A stretch of 63,782 nt of DNA, filler included, from Octopus bimaculoides (GCF_001194135.2; 9 parts of 7 records of this genome joined end to end with filler, not necessarily neighbours in it); one strand, 5' to 3'; counted from the whole stretch's first letter, positions 1-11,180 are shown. Notes: generated from the sequence alone by a model not told the origin. Numbers and translations are program-made.

Positions 1-247
1 TGTTGCGTCGATTTCTGTATGACGTTCTTCATCTATTTGATTTTCACCTGCCTTAGTGTTTATGGTTGGTTCAGAGAGTATTTCACTTTGCCTATCAGTT
101 ACCTTAACTCTTTCAATCATTACTGTATTTTCATCAGCCTTGGGCTGGTTTATAATTATTTCCTCTGTAGTATCTTCTTTAGCTGCAGTTTCATTCTTTT
201 TATCCCTTACTGCTAGTTTATTATTATTATTTTTATTATTATTATTA

Positions 248-285
<38 letters not shown>

Positions 286-292
286 TATTATT

Positions 293-475
293 AAGGCGGC
301 GATCTGGCAGAATCGTTACCGCACCGGGAAAAATGCTTAGTTGCATTTCGTCCGTCTTTACGTTCTGGGCTCAAATTCGATAAAATAAGTTCTAGTTGAG
401 CACTGGGGTCGATGTAATCGACTTGCCTCCTCTCACTGAATTTAAAGCCTTGTATCTTTAATAGAAAGGATTATT
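293..475 (+). mobile_element. tRNA-derived SINE, family A
   Basis: Head AAGGCGGCGATCTGGCAGAATCGTTA (A-box-like) and CTCAAATTC (B-box-like); ends in AGAAAGGATTATTA plus (TTA)n. Many similar copies occur in the window. Confidence 0.8.
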
Positions 476-491
476 ACTATTATTATTATTA

Positions 492-538
<47 letters not shown>

Positions 539-806
539 TGCTTTTAATCAGCATGTTTGTTACAATCACTCTCCGAGACACACTCAGCATCCTAGGGCGA
601 GTGAAGGATGAAAGATGTTACAATATGACTGAAAGCTTGGGAGTGGAGGGGAAGTAGCGAAATATCTTCATGTAATATAACACATACACTTAAATTGATA
701 GAGTTTTTCTAAGGTTGTGGACAGTACTTGTCAACACAGTCTCCTGGATTTCTCTGAGACATGGTTCTCCTGGGATATTATCTGTATGTTTCTGACATCC
801 CTTTCT

Positions 807-1038
807 TATTTTTTTATTGCCCACAATGGGCTAAACATAAAGGGGACAAACAAGGATAGACAAAGGGATTAAGTCGATTACATCGACCCCAGTGCATAAC
901 TGGTACTTAATTTATCGACCCCGAAAGAATGAAAGGCAAAGTCGACCTCGGCGGAATTTGAACTCAGAAGGTAACGGCAGACGAAATATCGCTAAGCATT
1001 TCGCCCAGCGTACTAACGCTTCTGCCAGCTCGCCGCCT
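807..1038 (-). mobile_element. tRNA-derived SINE, family A
   Basis: Reverse complement reads GGCGGCGAGCTGGCAGAAGCGTTAG...GAGTTCAAATTCCGCCGAGGTCGAC, matching the other copies. Confidence 0.85.
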
Positions 1039-1269
1039 GACATCCCTTTCTTATCACACACAGAGCACCCACAATAGCAGGAACAGTTCTCGCTTTAAGT
1101 TCTCACACCTTTGTATTTCAATTTCTAGATCCTTATATTTACTTAATTTGTCAATTTTTTGTTATCATCATTATCAAAAGTATCTATAAGAAGTGGATCA
1201 ATTTATTTATAACTAGTGTGAATGAAGGGGGCGATACAGCACCATTTTTTACTTAGAAAATAAAAGGCT

Positions 1270-1392
1270 ATAGTAGAAGAAAACAAAAGGCTATAGTAGA
1301 AGACACTTGCTCAAGGTGCCATGCAGTGGGAATGAACCGGGAACTATGTGGTTTTTAAGTAAGCTACTCACCACACAGCCACTCCTGTACCT
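1270..1392 (-). mobile_element. tRNA-derived SINE, family B head (partial)
   Basis: Reverse complement GGAGTGGCTGTGTGGTGAGTAGCTT...GGTTCATTCCC matches the copy at 55507-55670. Confidence 0.75.
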
Positions 1393-2834
1393 ATACTGAA
1401 AACTTGCAACATGATGAATTGTGCTAAAAGCACCCTCAACAAATAGGTGCTCGTGTTAAACTGGACGATGTGTCCAGCCTATTGTCCAATTTACGTAGAG
1501 CCAAATGAAAAAGCTCCTTAAGCAACACCAATTTGTATTAGAAAAGATATTATAAAGGGTTTGTAAATCCCTCTATACCACTTCTGTTTGTGGAATACTC
1601 AACCAACATTGAAAATGATTACACAGCTCCCAGCCAAAGATGATAACATATGGGAATAAAAGACTAATGTAATTAGAAATTTGTTATAAAATAATAGCTC
1701 CTGAAGAATCAGTGTTATCAAACAAGAGTAATATTAGTGAAAAGGCAGACCCTTGAATCATGTATTTCAGCATTTAGAAGTATACTTAGTTAAACCCTTG
1801 TACCTATTTTTGCCAAACTAGAAATGACTGAAGGCAAATATTTGACCTAATTTGAGTGAAACTAGGACCAACTCATCTTCATCATCATCATCATTTAGTG
1901 TCCGTTGTCCATGTTGGCATGGGCTAAGGGAACAAATGTCTTACACTTCTACATTTAATGCTTATACCATTTTAATAGTTTTTAAACATATTCTGGTCTA
2001 CAGCAAAGAAGTCATGCAGGAAGTTCAAGACTTTTGTCAGTGTGTCAAGGGAAGTAAATCCATTTTGCAGATTGATAACTGCATTGATTTTTTTTTTGTC
2101 TGCTGTTTGCAGTTTGTGGTTCCAAGTAAACAATGTGTGTTATTTAATCTCAAATATTAGCTGCAAGGTTAAATTTGTGAAAAAATGTATTTAATTATTA
2201 TTACAAATATTTAATACCTGCCTAGGCTGATATTTTCTTTTATATTTCACTTGTTACTGTCATTAGACTGTGACCACATTGATTCTATTCTTCTTTGTTG
2301 CTAAGCCACTACTTTACAGAGACACAAACATGCACAATATAAATATATATATTTATATATACAAATTAAAAGGGTAAAGGTTTATCAATTTGTTAATTTA
2401 TTAATAAATCAACAATTAATAATTTTTACCAAGCCCTTCGGTATGTAAGCACCTTTATCGGTGGAGAACTTATTTAAAAGTTCATATACATTTATAAACA
2501 TAATTAAGGGATCAGCAAACATTTGCTTCACCACATACCGAAGTTCAGAAATAGCAGCTAAAAATAGCAGCTAAAAAAGCTGAGACTCCAACAGATAGCA
2601 TTACTTGTAACTCACAAAGGCAAATGTTTGCTGATCCCTTAATTATGTTTATATTTATATATATATACATAGTATGGGGGTTTAATTCACAGGTAATCTA
2701 ATTGATTAGGTACACACCCTGTAATAATATTGTATATGAATTGAGATGTTTGCCTTGCCTTAACATTTGATGTCTTGTATAACAATTATATTTATATATA
2801 TATACATTTATATATATATGTATATACATGATGG

Positions 2835-2997
2835 ACTTCTTTCAGTTTCCATGAACAAAATCCACTCTTAAGGCTTTGGTCAACCTGAGGCTATAGTAGA
2901 AGACACTTGTCCAAAGTGCCATGCAATGGTGGGAACTGAAACTGGAAACACATTGTTGAAAAGCAAACTTTTTATCACACAGCCAAGCCTGCACCTA
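2835..2997 (-). mobile_element. SINE family B head
   Basis: Similar to 55507-55670 and 7365-7536 (GGCTATAGTAGAAGACACTTG...CACAGCC). Confidence 0.75.
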
Positions 2998-3099
2998 TAG
3001 GAAATATATCTAATCATTTTTTAGATGTCTAGCATTCTATTTCATCATGATCTTTCTATTTACACATACCTTCTTACTCATTGTTTTCCACATTGAGAG

Positions 3100-3235
3100 G
3101 TCGCAGCCCCAGTACATGGACATGTGATTAGAATGTCATAGGAAAGAATCACAAGATGGATTCTTTAAGCTGAGTGAACTGGAAGGAGAGTTAAGGGCAG
3201 ATCAAGAATGAAATGGTTCAATGATATCTATAGGT
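3100..3235 (+). mobile_element. RTE-clade LINE ORF2 C-terminal remnant
   Basis: Frame reads HGHVIRMS*ERITRWIL*AE*TGRRVKGRSRMKWFNDI, resembling the RTE 'GHV.RM...R...IL.....GRR..GRPR..W.D' end. Several stops. Confidence 0.55.
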
Positions 3236-3255
3236 CTGTTTAGGAATCCAGCTAG

Positions 3256-3467
3256 AAAGTCCTGCTTAGGATGATGTTACTACTGCTTAACCCCAGAAAA
3301 ACAGCCTTTCTAGACGGCTACTGACACATCATCTGTGTCCATATAATGTGAGCAAGGGAGATAATGCTCCCCCTTCAGCCTTAGCGATGACTGCAGACCA
3401 ATGGTTTCTGGGTTATCTCTCTTCCTCAGTGCAGGACAACCACTGGCTAGAGATGGCAGTGACTGCC
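3256..3467 (+). repeat. Dispersed repeat of about 210 bp; other copies at 4247-4477 (+) and 4523-4753 (-)
   Basis: Direct visual alignment, e.g. CAAGGGAGATAATGCTCCCCCTTCAGCCTTAGC is shared. Follows the RTE remnant, so it may be its 3' UTR. Confidence 0.8.
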
Positions 3468-3598
3468 AGGGATCTATGGAGGAAATGCTTAAGGGCTCTA
3501 TCTTCACCCTTGACAGACACACAACCCTCCCAGGAATAGTGGACAGAAAATGGATAGATGAATATAGATTTAAATGCAGAAATACAATATTGTATTAC

Positions 3599-3859
3599 CT
3601 GGAATGAGAGATGCAGATGCAGCTGTTTCTTCAAATTGATTTTCAAGAAACTTTGGAAAATATGCTGTTAATCCAGCCACAATAATCCCTTCACATGTTA
3701 CAGCCAATGTGACGAATACAAATCCTGGATTCTTAAACAGATTCCACACAATCAGAGGCACAACTTTTAATGTTATAGGAGAAGCAGAATATTTTTCTGA
3801 TAATTTATCAACTCCGTTATGAACTTGAGATTCTCGGTTCCTTTGAATACTTTCAGTCG
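3599..3859 (-). CDS. SLCO: OATP/SLCO internal exon D (261 nt, phase 1-1)
   Basis: Acceptor ttttAG|CG and donor CCAG|GTaata. Translation (A)TESIQRNRESQVHNG...NLFKNPGFVFVTLAVTCEGIIVAGLTAYFPKFLENQFEETAASASLIP(G) matches the OATP 'LKNP...F.PK.LE.QF' segment. Confidence 0.92.
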
Positions 3860-4246
3860 CTAAAAGAAAAAAAATATGAATATAAAAATACATTCACATT
3901 ATGGAATTTATGTGAAGCATAATAGCCATGGAAAAATAGATACATAGAATAAGTTTCTCAGTATGACTAATTGCAATGGTTAATTACTAACTGGAAAGGA
4001 ATTACATAGAAGAAAAATAGCAGAAGTGTAAAGAATAAACAAAAACTAATGAGGATATCAAATAAGAGTTTATCAAATAAGAGTTTATCAAAGACAAAAA
4101 GTAGAGAGAAGAACCACTCCATGGTTAATATCCAGTGGATATTCAATAGAGAGGAATAAAGACAGAGTGAAAGCTAGCAAGTGCTCAAATGTTATGGAAA
4201 TGTTATGCAGTGATAGATTTTAGTTTTTCAAGGTATCTATTTTAGA

Positions 4247-4753
4247 AATAGTAAAGTCTATTTGCCAACCAAAAGTGGCAGTCCTGCTTGGGACGATATT
4301 ATTACTGTTTAGCCCCAGGAAAACAGCTTTTCTAGCTGGCTACTGACACATCATTTGTGTCCATATAATGTGGGCAAGGGAGATAATGCTCCCCCTTCAG
4401 CCTTAGCAATGCCTGCAGACCAATAGGTTCTGGGTTATTTCCCTTCCTCAGTGTAGGACAATCACTGGCTAGAGATGGTAGCGACTTTAAAAGTATATAC
4501 TGTGCGCAGGGTGAGTCATTGACATCTCTAGCCAGCAACTGTCCTACACCGAGGAAAGAAAATAACCCAGAAACCATTGGTCTGCAGGTATTGCTAAGGC
4601 TGGAGGGGGAGTATTAGCTCCCTTGCTCACAGTATATAGACACAGATGATGTGTCAGAAACCAGCTGGAAAAGATGTTTTCCTGGGGCTAAACAGTAGTA
4701 ACATTGTCCTAAGCAGGACTTTCACTTCATGTTGACAAATAGACTTTACTATT
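4247..4753. repeat. Foldback inverted repeat: arms 4247-4477 and 4523-4753, 45-nt spacer
   Basis: Outer ends AATAGTAAAGTCTATTTG / CAAATAGACTTTACTATT and inner ends CTAGAGATG / CATCTCTAG are complementary. The arms align along their length with scattered mismatches. Confidence 0.9.
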
Positions 4754-5189
4754 CAGTACTGTTACCACATATTTCTCACTCAGAGATTTAAAACTAGCTG
4801 TTTTTCTCTTTATGAGATCAGTGACTGTGTGTCACTTTAAAAGTATATAGTGTGAGCATGGCGAGTAAAGTAAACCAATCTTGAAAGAAAATAACTTTTT
4901 TTGTATTGTTTTATTCATTTGTAAAAAAGTTTCCAAATCAAATATGTATATGCTGTTTGTAAATTACTGAATAATAAAACATTTGCATGATTAAGTTTCT
5001 AGTTTAAGAATTTGATGTTAAATTAACTCACTGTAATCACTTCAGAAAAACCAAACTGTATGACATAAGCAATACAATAGTAACTACAAAAATATTAATT
5101 AGAATTTAATAACCTCTTCACTTCATTATCTATTTTGGGTGTTAAATTTTACAAGGATGAAATAAAAGACATGGTAAAATTAAGACTAC

Positions 5190-5311
5190 CTGGAAGTTCC
5201 CGTGCATAACCAAACAGAACTGGTCCAATGAATATTGACATAGATCCTGATATGAAGAAACAGATCCACCAAGCTCCAATCCAACGAGGATCTGTAGACT
5301 CAAAAGTCATC
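5190..5311 (-). CDS. SLCO: OATP/SLCO internal exon C (122 nt, phase 2-1) carrying the family signature
   Basis: Acceptor tttccAG|G and donor CCAG|GTagt. Translation MTFESTDPRWIGAWWICFFISGSMSIFIGPVLFGYARELP contains the D-x-RW-(I/V)-GAWW OATP signature and is in frame with exon B. Confidence 0.93.
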
Positions 5312-5969
5312 CTGGAAATTAAAAGAAATAATTTGATATCAAAAAGATTATAAATACAATAAAATTTATTATAAATTTCTAAAGAATGAAGTCAAAAAAT
5401 AATTTGCAAAATGCAAATATGTTGTTGAATACAAAACTATCTAGTTATAAATGTAAACTGAAATTACTTATTTTGTCTTTTATTCAGGAGTAAATGACCA
5501 TTTACAAGATTTCCAAAACTGGCAGATGAAAGGGGAGAGATATCATACCAGAGGTGCAGCCTAAATACCAGCAACAGAGTAAATTCCGTTGAAGGACTAA
5601 GAGCTCGTGAAAACTAAGCTTTGCATTGAGTTTTCCGCACAAATAGCCAATGCTGGATTTGAACTCAGAATGCAAAGAGTCATAACAAGTATCACGAGGT
5701 ATTATCTCCAGCATGTTAATGTTTCCACCAGTCCACCACCTTTGACTGCTGTTTTATTTAGCTAACTCAAAAGGATAAAGGCTGAGTTGAAATTTCCAAA
5801 ATCTGAACGCAGACTGTAAAGCGCCAAAATAAACACTGCAAAATATTTTGGCTGATGCTCTCATGACTCCCAACCTGATACACCATTTATAAGTTACCCA
5901 TGAACTAAAATTTTCAAATCATTTCTTTGCTTCATTTCAAGTTTACCCTAAATATTTGATTTTATGGCT

Positions 5970-6366
5970 TCTGTGCCAGTGGTATGTAAATAGCACCATT
6001 TGAGCGTGATTGTTACCAGCGTCGCCTTACTGGCACTTGTGCTGGTGGCACGTGAAAAAACATTCGAGCGAGATTATTGCCAGTGCCGCTGGACTGGCTC
6101 CTGTGCAGGTGGCACATAAAATACACTATTTTGAGCGTGACCGTTGCCAGTACCGCCTGACTGGCCTTCGTGCTGGTGGCACGTAAAAGCACCCACTACA
6201 CTCTCTGAGTGGTTGACATTAGGAAGGGCATCCAGCTGTAGAAACTCTGCCAAATCAGATCGGAGCCTGGTGTTGCCATCCGGTTTCACCAGTCCTCAGT
6301 CAAATCATCCAACCCATGCTAGCATGGAAAGCAGACGTTAAATGATGATGATGATGATGATGATGA
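5970..6366 (+). mobile_element. SINE family D with internal GC-rich modules and a (GAT)n tail
   Basis: Repeated GCCAGTGCCGCTGGACTGGC-type modules, then AGGAAGGGCATCCAGCTGTAGAAAC...CCCATGCTAGCATGGAAAGCAGACGTTAAATGATGATG. Confidence 0.8.
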
Positions 6367-7124
6367 TTCTTTGCTTAGTCTAATTGTTTGTAAAATTACA
6401 TCATATTAACTGCTAAAAATAAGGCAGACCATTATAGTTTTAGAAGTGGTTGGGGGTTAAGCCTTTCACCAGAGCGAAATGATCAATATAAGAATTAAAG
6501 TTTCTCTTCTGATTCTGGAGTCCCCTCCAAACTTACCTCATTGAGGATAACCCTACAAGGCCATTGAGTTGAGTATTGACAGCTTATGTGAAGGTCACAG
6601 TCTCAGCAGCTTCTCAAGGCAATTCTTGTCAACAATTTCCAGTTGCTTCAACAGAGTCTGGTTGACATCACATTCAGATACAAAGAAAAAGGTGAACTGG
6701 CTTTTTATTCAGTGACATTCATGACCCAGCTTCATGTCAGCCAGGAGGGACAGTGAATAAGCTAGGTTCAGAGCTTATTTCCGATCACTAGTCCCATGTT
6801 TGCAGTGTAGGTGTAAGAGGGAAATGATTAGGATTTAGGGTTTAGTATATTTTAGTGCAGTTAATCAACCTAATATAGCTAGATTAATTCATTATGGTGG
6901 TGGCATGGGTCTGAAATAATGAAGCTTGCTTTGCAAACATGTGGCTTCAGGTTCAATCCTGCTGCATGATACCTTGGGAGTCCACTACTTATAGCCCTAG
7001 GCCAACCAATGACTAATGAGAGAATTTAGTAGAAGCCCATTGTATGCGTGGGTGCATGTGTGTGGGTGCCCTCCCCCAACTCGCTTGGCAGCCAGTGTTT
7101 ATTTATGTCTCTGTAACTTTCCAT

Positions 7125-7333
7125 TTTTTTTTTTACCTTTTTACTTGTTTCAATCATTTGACTGCGGCCATGCTGGAACACCGCCTTTAGTCGAACAAAT
7201 CGACCCCATGACTTATTCTTTTTAAGCCTAGTACTTATTCTATTGGTCTCTTTTGCTGAACCGCTATGTTACGGGAACGTAAACACACCAGCATCGGTTG
7301 TCAAGCGATGTTAGGGGGACAAGCACAGACACA

Positions 7334-7374
<41 letters not shown>

Positions 7375-7536
7375 GACAGGCTTCTTTCAGTTTCCGTCTA
7401 CCAAATCCACTCACAAGGCTTTGGTCGGCCCGAGGCTATAGTAGAAAACTCTTGCCCAAGGTGCCATGCAGTGGGACTGAACCCGGAACCATGTGGTTGG
7501 TAAGCAAGCTACTTACCACACAGCCACTCCTACGCC
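7125..7536 (-). mobile_element. Long composite SINE, family B head plus body
   Basis: Head GGCGTAGGAGTGGCTGTGTGGTAAGTAGC, an internal (TG)n tract, and a body shared with 7730-7940, 11270-11490 and 59310-59643. Confidence 0.8.
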
Positions 7537-8183
7537 TATATAATGTTTCCTTATAGATACTAGAGTTATTGGTGTACATTCCGAGGCCGAATTGCTTGAA
7601 GGAAGTCATTTCAACTTATTCAAAACATACACAAGGCCACTGGACACTGTAACTTGCATGTGCAAATCCTAGGGGTATTGGTGTGGAAGAAACTATGTCC
7701 ATTCTATCCCTACGACCATTATTATTTTTTAATCTTTCACGTGTTTCAGTCATTAGATTGCGACCATACTGGGGCACCACCTGGAAAAATTTCTACCTGA
7801 ATGAATCGACCTCAATACCGATTTATTTTTTTAAAGCCTAGGACTTATTCTATCAGTCTGTTTTGCTGAACCGCTAAGTTACAAGGATGTCAACACACCA
7901 ACACCGGTTGTCAAGTGATGGTGGCGGACAAAATACACACACATGTAGAAGCATTAATTCTGACATGTTTTTTTCTCCTACCATATTTTTGTTTTTTCCT
8001 CTCTCTCCATTTTCCTCCATCATCTCTTTCTGTTGCAGAGTGAAGGCTTGAAATGCCAAAGACATTTCCATTTGTCCTGAGCATAAAACCAATACACCTT
8101 GCTTGTTGTTCCCTTACCTGTTTCTGTCTTTTGTTCTTCATATTTGTACATTTGAACCATATGCACACAAACACACACACACA

Positions 8184-8185
<2 letters not shown>

Positions 8186-8249
<64 letters not shown>

Positions 8250-8475
8250 TTAACGTTCATCTTCCCTGCATGCATGAGTAGGATGGTTGACAGGAGCCAG
8301 CCAGGTAGAAAGTCTACCCAAGGCTCCTGTCTGTTTTGGCAGGGACTTTATAGCTGGATGCCCTTCCTAACACCAACCACTCTGCAGAGTGGACTCAGTG
8401 CTATCTACGTGGCACTAGCAGAGTTGAAGTTAATTTTGGCAAGATTTTTACAGCTGGATGCCCTTCCAGATGCCA
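8186..8475 (-). mobile_element. SINE family D variant with a long (ATG)n tail
   Basis: (ATC)n at 8186-8249 followed by the reverse complement of the family D 3' end (CAGCTGGATGCCCTTCC). Confidence 0.65.
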
Positions 8476-8707
8476 ACCAGGGTGTCACAAAGTGGGACTG
8501 AACCTGGCACCATGTAGTTGGAAAGTAAACTTCTTACCACACAGTCACAACCAATTCAAATACTTCCCACTAGTTTTCAAACCAGTTTACAGACTTAAAG
8601 CATTAATGCTTATCTCTATTAAACAGGTCCCATAACATTTCAGGTTTTCCAAGGTAATTATTTTATGTGAAATGTTATTCAGTAACTATATAGTAGATGA
8701 TACTTAC

Positions 8708-8804
8708 TCATTTTGTTTTGAAGGATCAACAAAAATATCAAGAAACTGAGCACCGACTATATATCCTAATGCAGGACCCAAGGTTGCAAAAACCATCAGT
8801 ATAC
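8708..8804 (-). CDS. SLCO: OATP/SLCO internal exon B (97 nt, phase 1-2)
   Basis: Not in the ORF track; found by reading the minus strand. Acceptor tttcAAG|GT and donor GA|GTaagt. Translation (G)ILMVFATLGPALGYIVGAQFLDIFVDPSKQN(E) matches the OATP 'GPA.GY..G..FL..YVD' segment and is in frame with exon A. Confidence 0.9.
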
Positions 8805-9271
8805 CTTGAAATAAAGAAAGCAAATTAGGGCTTAAGAATGTGTAAAACAAATCAATAAAACTTTTTGTGTTTGGTTTGGAAGAGTCTTAGTGTGAAACCA
8901 TATGTTGAAATATATTTTGTTGTCTCTTGGGAGGGTCATCATACCAATAATGAATACATGCACTGATTATATCTCACTTCTTTACTATTTTATTTGCCAA
9001 TTGGTTAACTATTAAACCAATTAAACTATTAAATCAATTGTTTGATTAATCGTTCAGAAACAGAGCTGGAGTAGAGAAGGGCATGTAGAAATGGTTATGT
9101 GAGAAGTCCATTGTTGGTAATTTTTTTACATCTAATAGATTGGGAGGTAGAGGTTTTGAGTTAAGTGTTACCTCTTTCTCTCTTCTGTTTTATTCTTGCT
9201 GATGCCTAACTAAACCAAAATGCAAGGTATACTTTATTTTACCTTTATATAACACTTTCAATCTATTTTTG

Positions 9272-9356
9272 TCGCTTTGAGACGACGACCTGTTCACTGA
9301 CAAAATACCGTGCAGCACGTTATTTTGTCAGTGAACAGGTTGTCGTCTCAAAGCGA
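9272..9356. repeat. Near-perfect 85-nt palindrome within a probable hAT-like MITE remnant
   Basis: 42-bp arms with 2 mismatches and a 1-nt loop. A hAT-like terminus AGGTTGAGAAACACTG lies at 9581-9596. Confidence 0.85.
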
Positions 9357-10177
9357 TGAAAATATTTTGGCAAATTAAATTTAAATGTTGAAGTGAATCT
9401 AACAGTTTTGTGCATTTTAAATGGCTTATAAACACCTTCCACACTGCAATTGTTTATATATGATATTTACCATGTGAACTATGATAAAAAAAATATGAGA
9501 ATGTTATGGTATATAATTTTGCTTTGTGCAGGAGTTCCTTGAAACATGTAATTTATTTTAAGGGTTATGCAAGGGTAAAGAGGTTGAGAAACACTGCTCT
9601 GCAGGATCCATTTCTTGCTGCAGTGAAGTGGCTTGTGTGCCTCAGTTACTCTTAGGCCTATACCATCAGATTATAAGCTCTTTGAGGGACCTCCCATGCT
9701 GAATAAGCCAAAGGATAGAGTCCAAACAAACATGAAGGTAAAAATGGATTTGCATAGGGCCAATACCCCCACCTAGAAAAAAAGCAGGGTTAGAGAAGCA
9801 TCAATGACAGTTCAAAACCAAGACCCTGGATGATGAAAACCTTACAACCTAGAGTTGCCTTTGCCCCACAGAGAACAAAGTGCTTAAGTAATTAATTAAC
9901 ATTAACTAATTAATCAACAGGCCAACAAATGATTTTTGATAAATATGTGAATGTGCATGGCTCAGTGCTCAGAACATTGAACTCACAATCATGAGGTAGT
10001 CATCTGGTTCACCAGTCCTCAGTCAAATCGTCCAACCCATGCTAGCATGGAAAGCGGACGTTAAATGATGATGATATATACCGCAGAAACCACTCAAAAC
10101 TAGAATCTACTAAGAATTATCTTAATCAAATAAGATTATCCATGAAATCAGTCCAAGCAATATTATATGTAACCACA

Positions 10178-10398
10178 AAGGCGGCAAGCTAGCAGAATCG
10201 TTAGCATGCTGGTTGAAATGCTTAGCAGCATTTCGTCTGCCACAACGTTCTGAGTTCAAATTCCGCCGGAGTTGGCTTTGCCCTTCATCCTTTTGGGGTC
10301 GATTAAATAAGTACCAGTTATGCACTGGTGTCAATGAAATTGACTAGTCTCCTTGCCACCCAAATTTCAGGCCTTGTGCCTATAGTAGAAAAGATTAT
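10178..10398 (+). mobile_element. tRNA-derived SINE, family A
   Basis: AAGGCGGCAAGCTAGCAGAATCGTTAG...GAGTTCAAATTCCGCC...AGTAGAAAAGATTAT. Confidence 0.8.
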
Positions 10399-11000
10399 AT
10401 GTAATCTCTGCTATATATAATTACATACTTATAACTTAGCGGTTTGGCAAAAGAGACCAATAGAATAAGTACTAGGCTTGCTAATGTCCTGGGGGCGATT
10501 TCTTTGACTAAAAAAACCATTTAAGGCAGTGGTCCAGCATGGAAACAAGTAAAAGAATAAAAGAATACACACACACACACACACAAATGTAATATATATT
10601 TACACAAACACACACAAATGTAATATATATTTACACAAACACACATATATATATATACACACACACACACATTTGGTATTTGTGTAACCTATAGTGGAGT
10701 TTATCATAAGCACTGTAACCAGACTCTAGGTTTAATCTCCTATTCTCCTTTTCTTGCTGTCAAGGTTGGGCACCAGCCTCAACAATACCTCAACCCTAGG
10801 AGATCCTACTGTTACGATCAATCACACTTTTTCTCTCGCTAACATATAAAAACAATGAATTTAATAAGTTGTTCTTAGAATCTAAACTCTATTTTTTTAC
10901 GAACATATAAAAAATGAATTTATATTTAAATCGTTAAGCATATATATATATATATATTAAATTTATGAAATAATTTATGAACTAATTTTAATTTAATTAC

Positions 11001-11180
11001 CAATATGTAATGGCGTTGTCATGGGTGTAGCAATGTCATCTAATATAGTTATTCCAAGTGAAAAGAGAATACTTCCACCTACACTATGAAACACCTGCCC
11101 TAAAAGAAAAACTCCAAGGAATATGTGATAAGGGTTGGCGTCATCACTGGCACCGCATTTGTCACTGGTATCTTCCAAAC
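11001..11180 (-). CDS. SLCO: OATP/SLCO organic anion transporter, internal exon A (180 nt, phase 1-1)
   Basis: Acceptor tatcacatAG|GT and donor ATTG|GTaatt. Translation (G)LEDTSDKCGASDDANPYHIFLGVFLLGQVFHSVGGSILFSLGITILDDIATPMTTPLHI(G) resembles the OATP 'GQ.LHGIG..PL.TLG.TYLD' segment. Confidence 0.9.

Noticed and set aside
892-1077. ORFs inside SINE copies (also 6074-6341, 7266-7556, 26279-26532, 54090-54407, 59327-59680)
   Set aside because: They are chance frames within non-coding repeats; similar peptides recur only because the repeat recurs.
1852-2160. Possible next SLCO exon or an independent ORF
   Set aside because: No frame on either strand shows the expected 'P....G..LGG' helix or suitable splice sites. 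The next exon is probably beyond base 1.
5970-6200. Repeated GC-rich modules with variable spacers that superficially resemble a CRISPR array
   Set aside because: They are internal modules of a dispersed SINE found at many sites in the window, the spacers are mutually homologous, and the context is eukaryotic with no cas genes.
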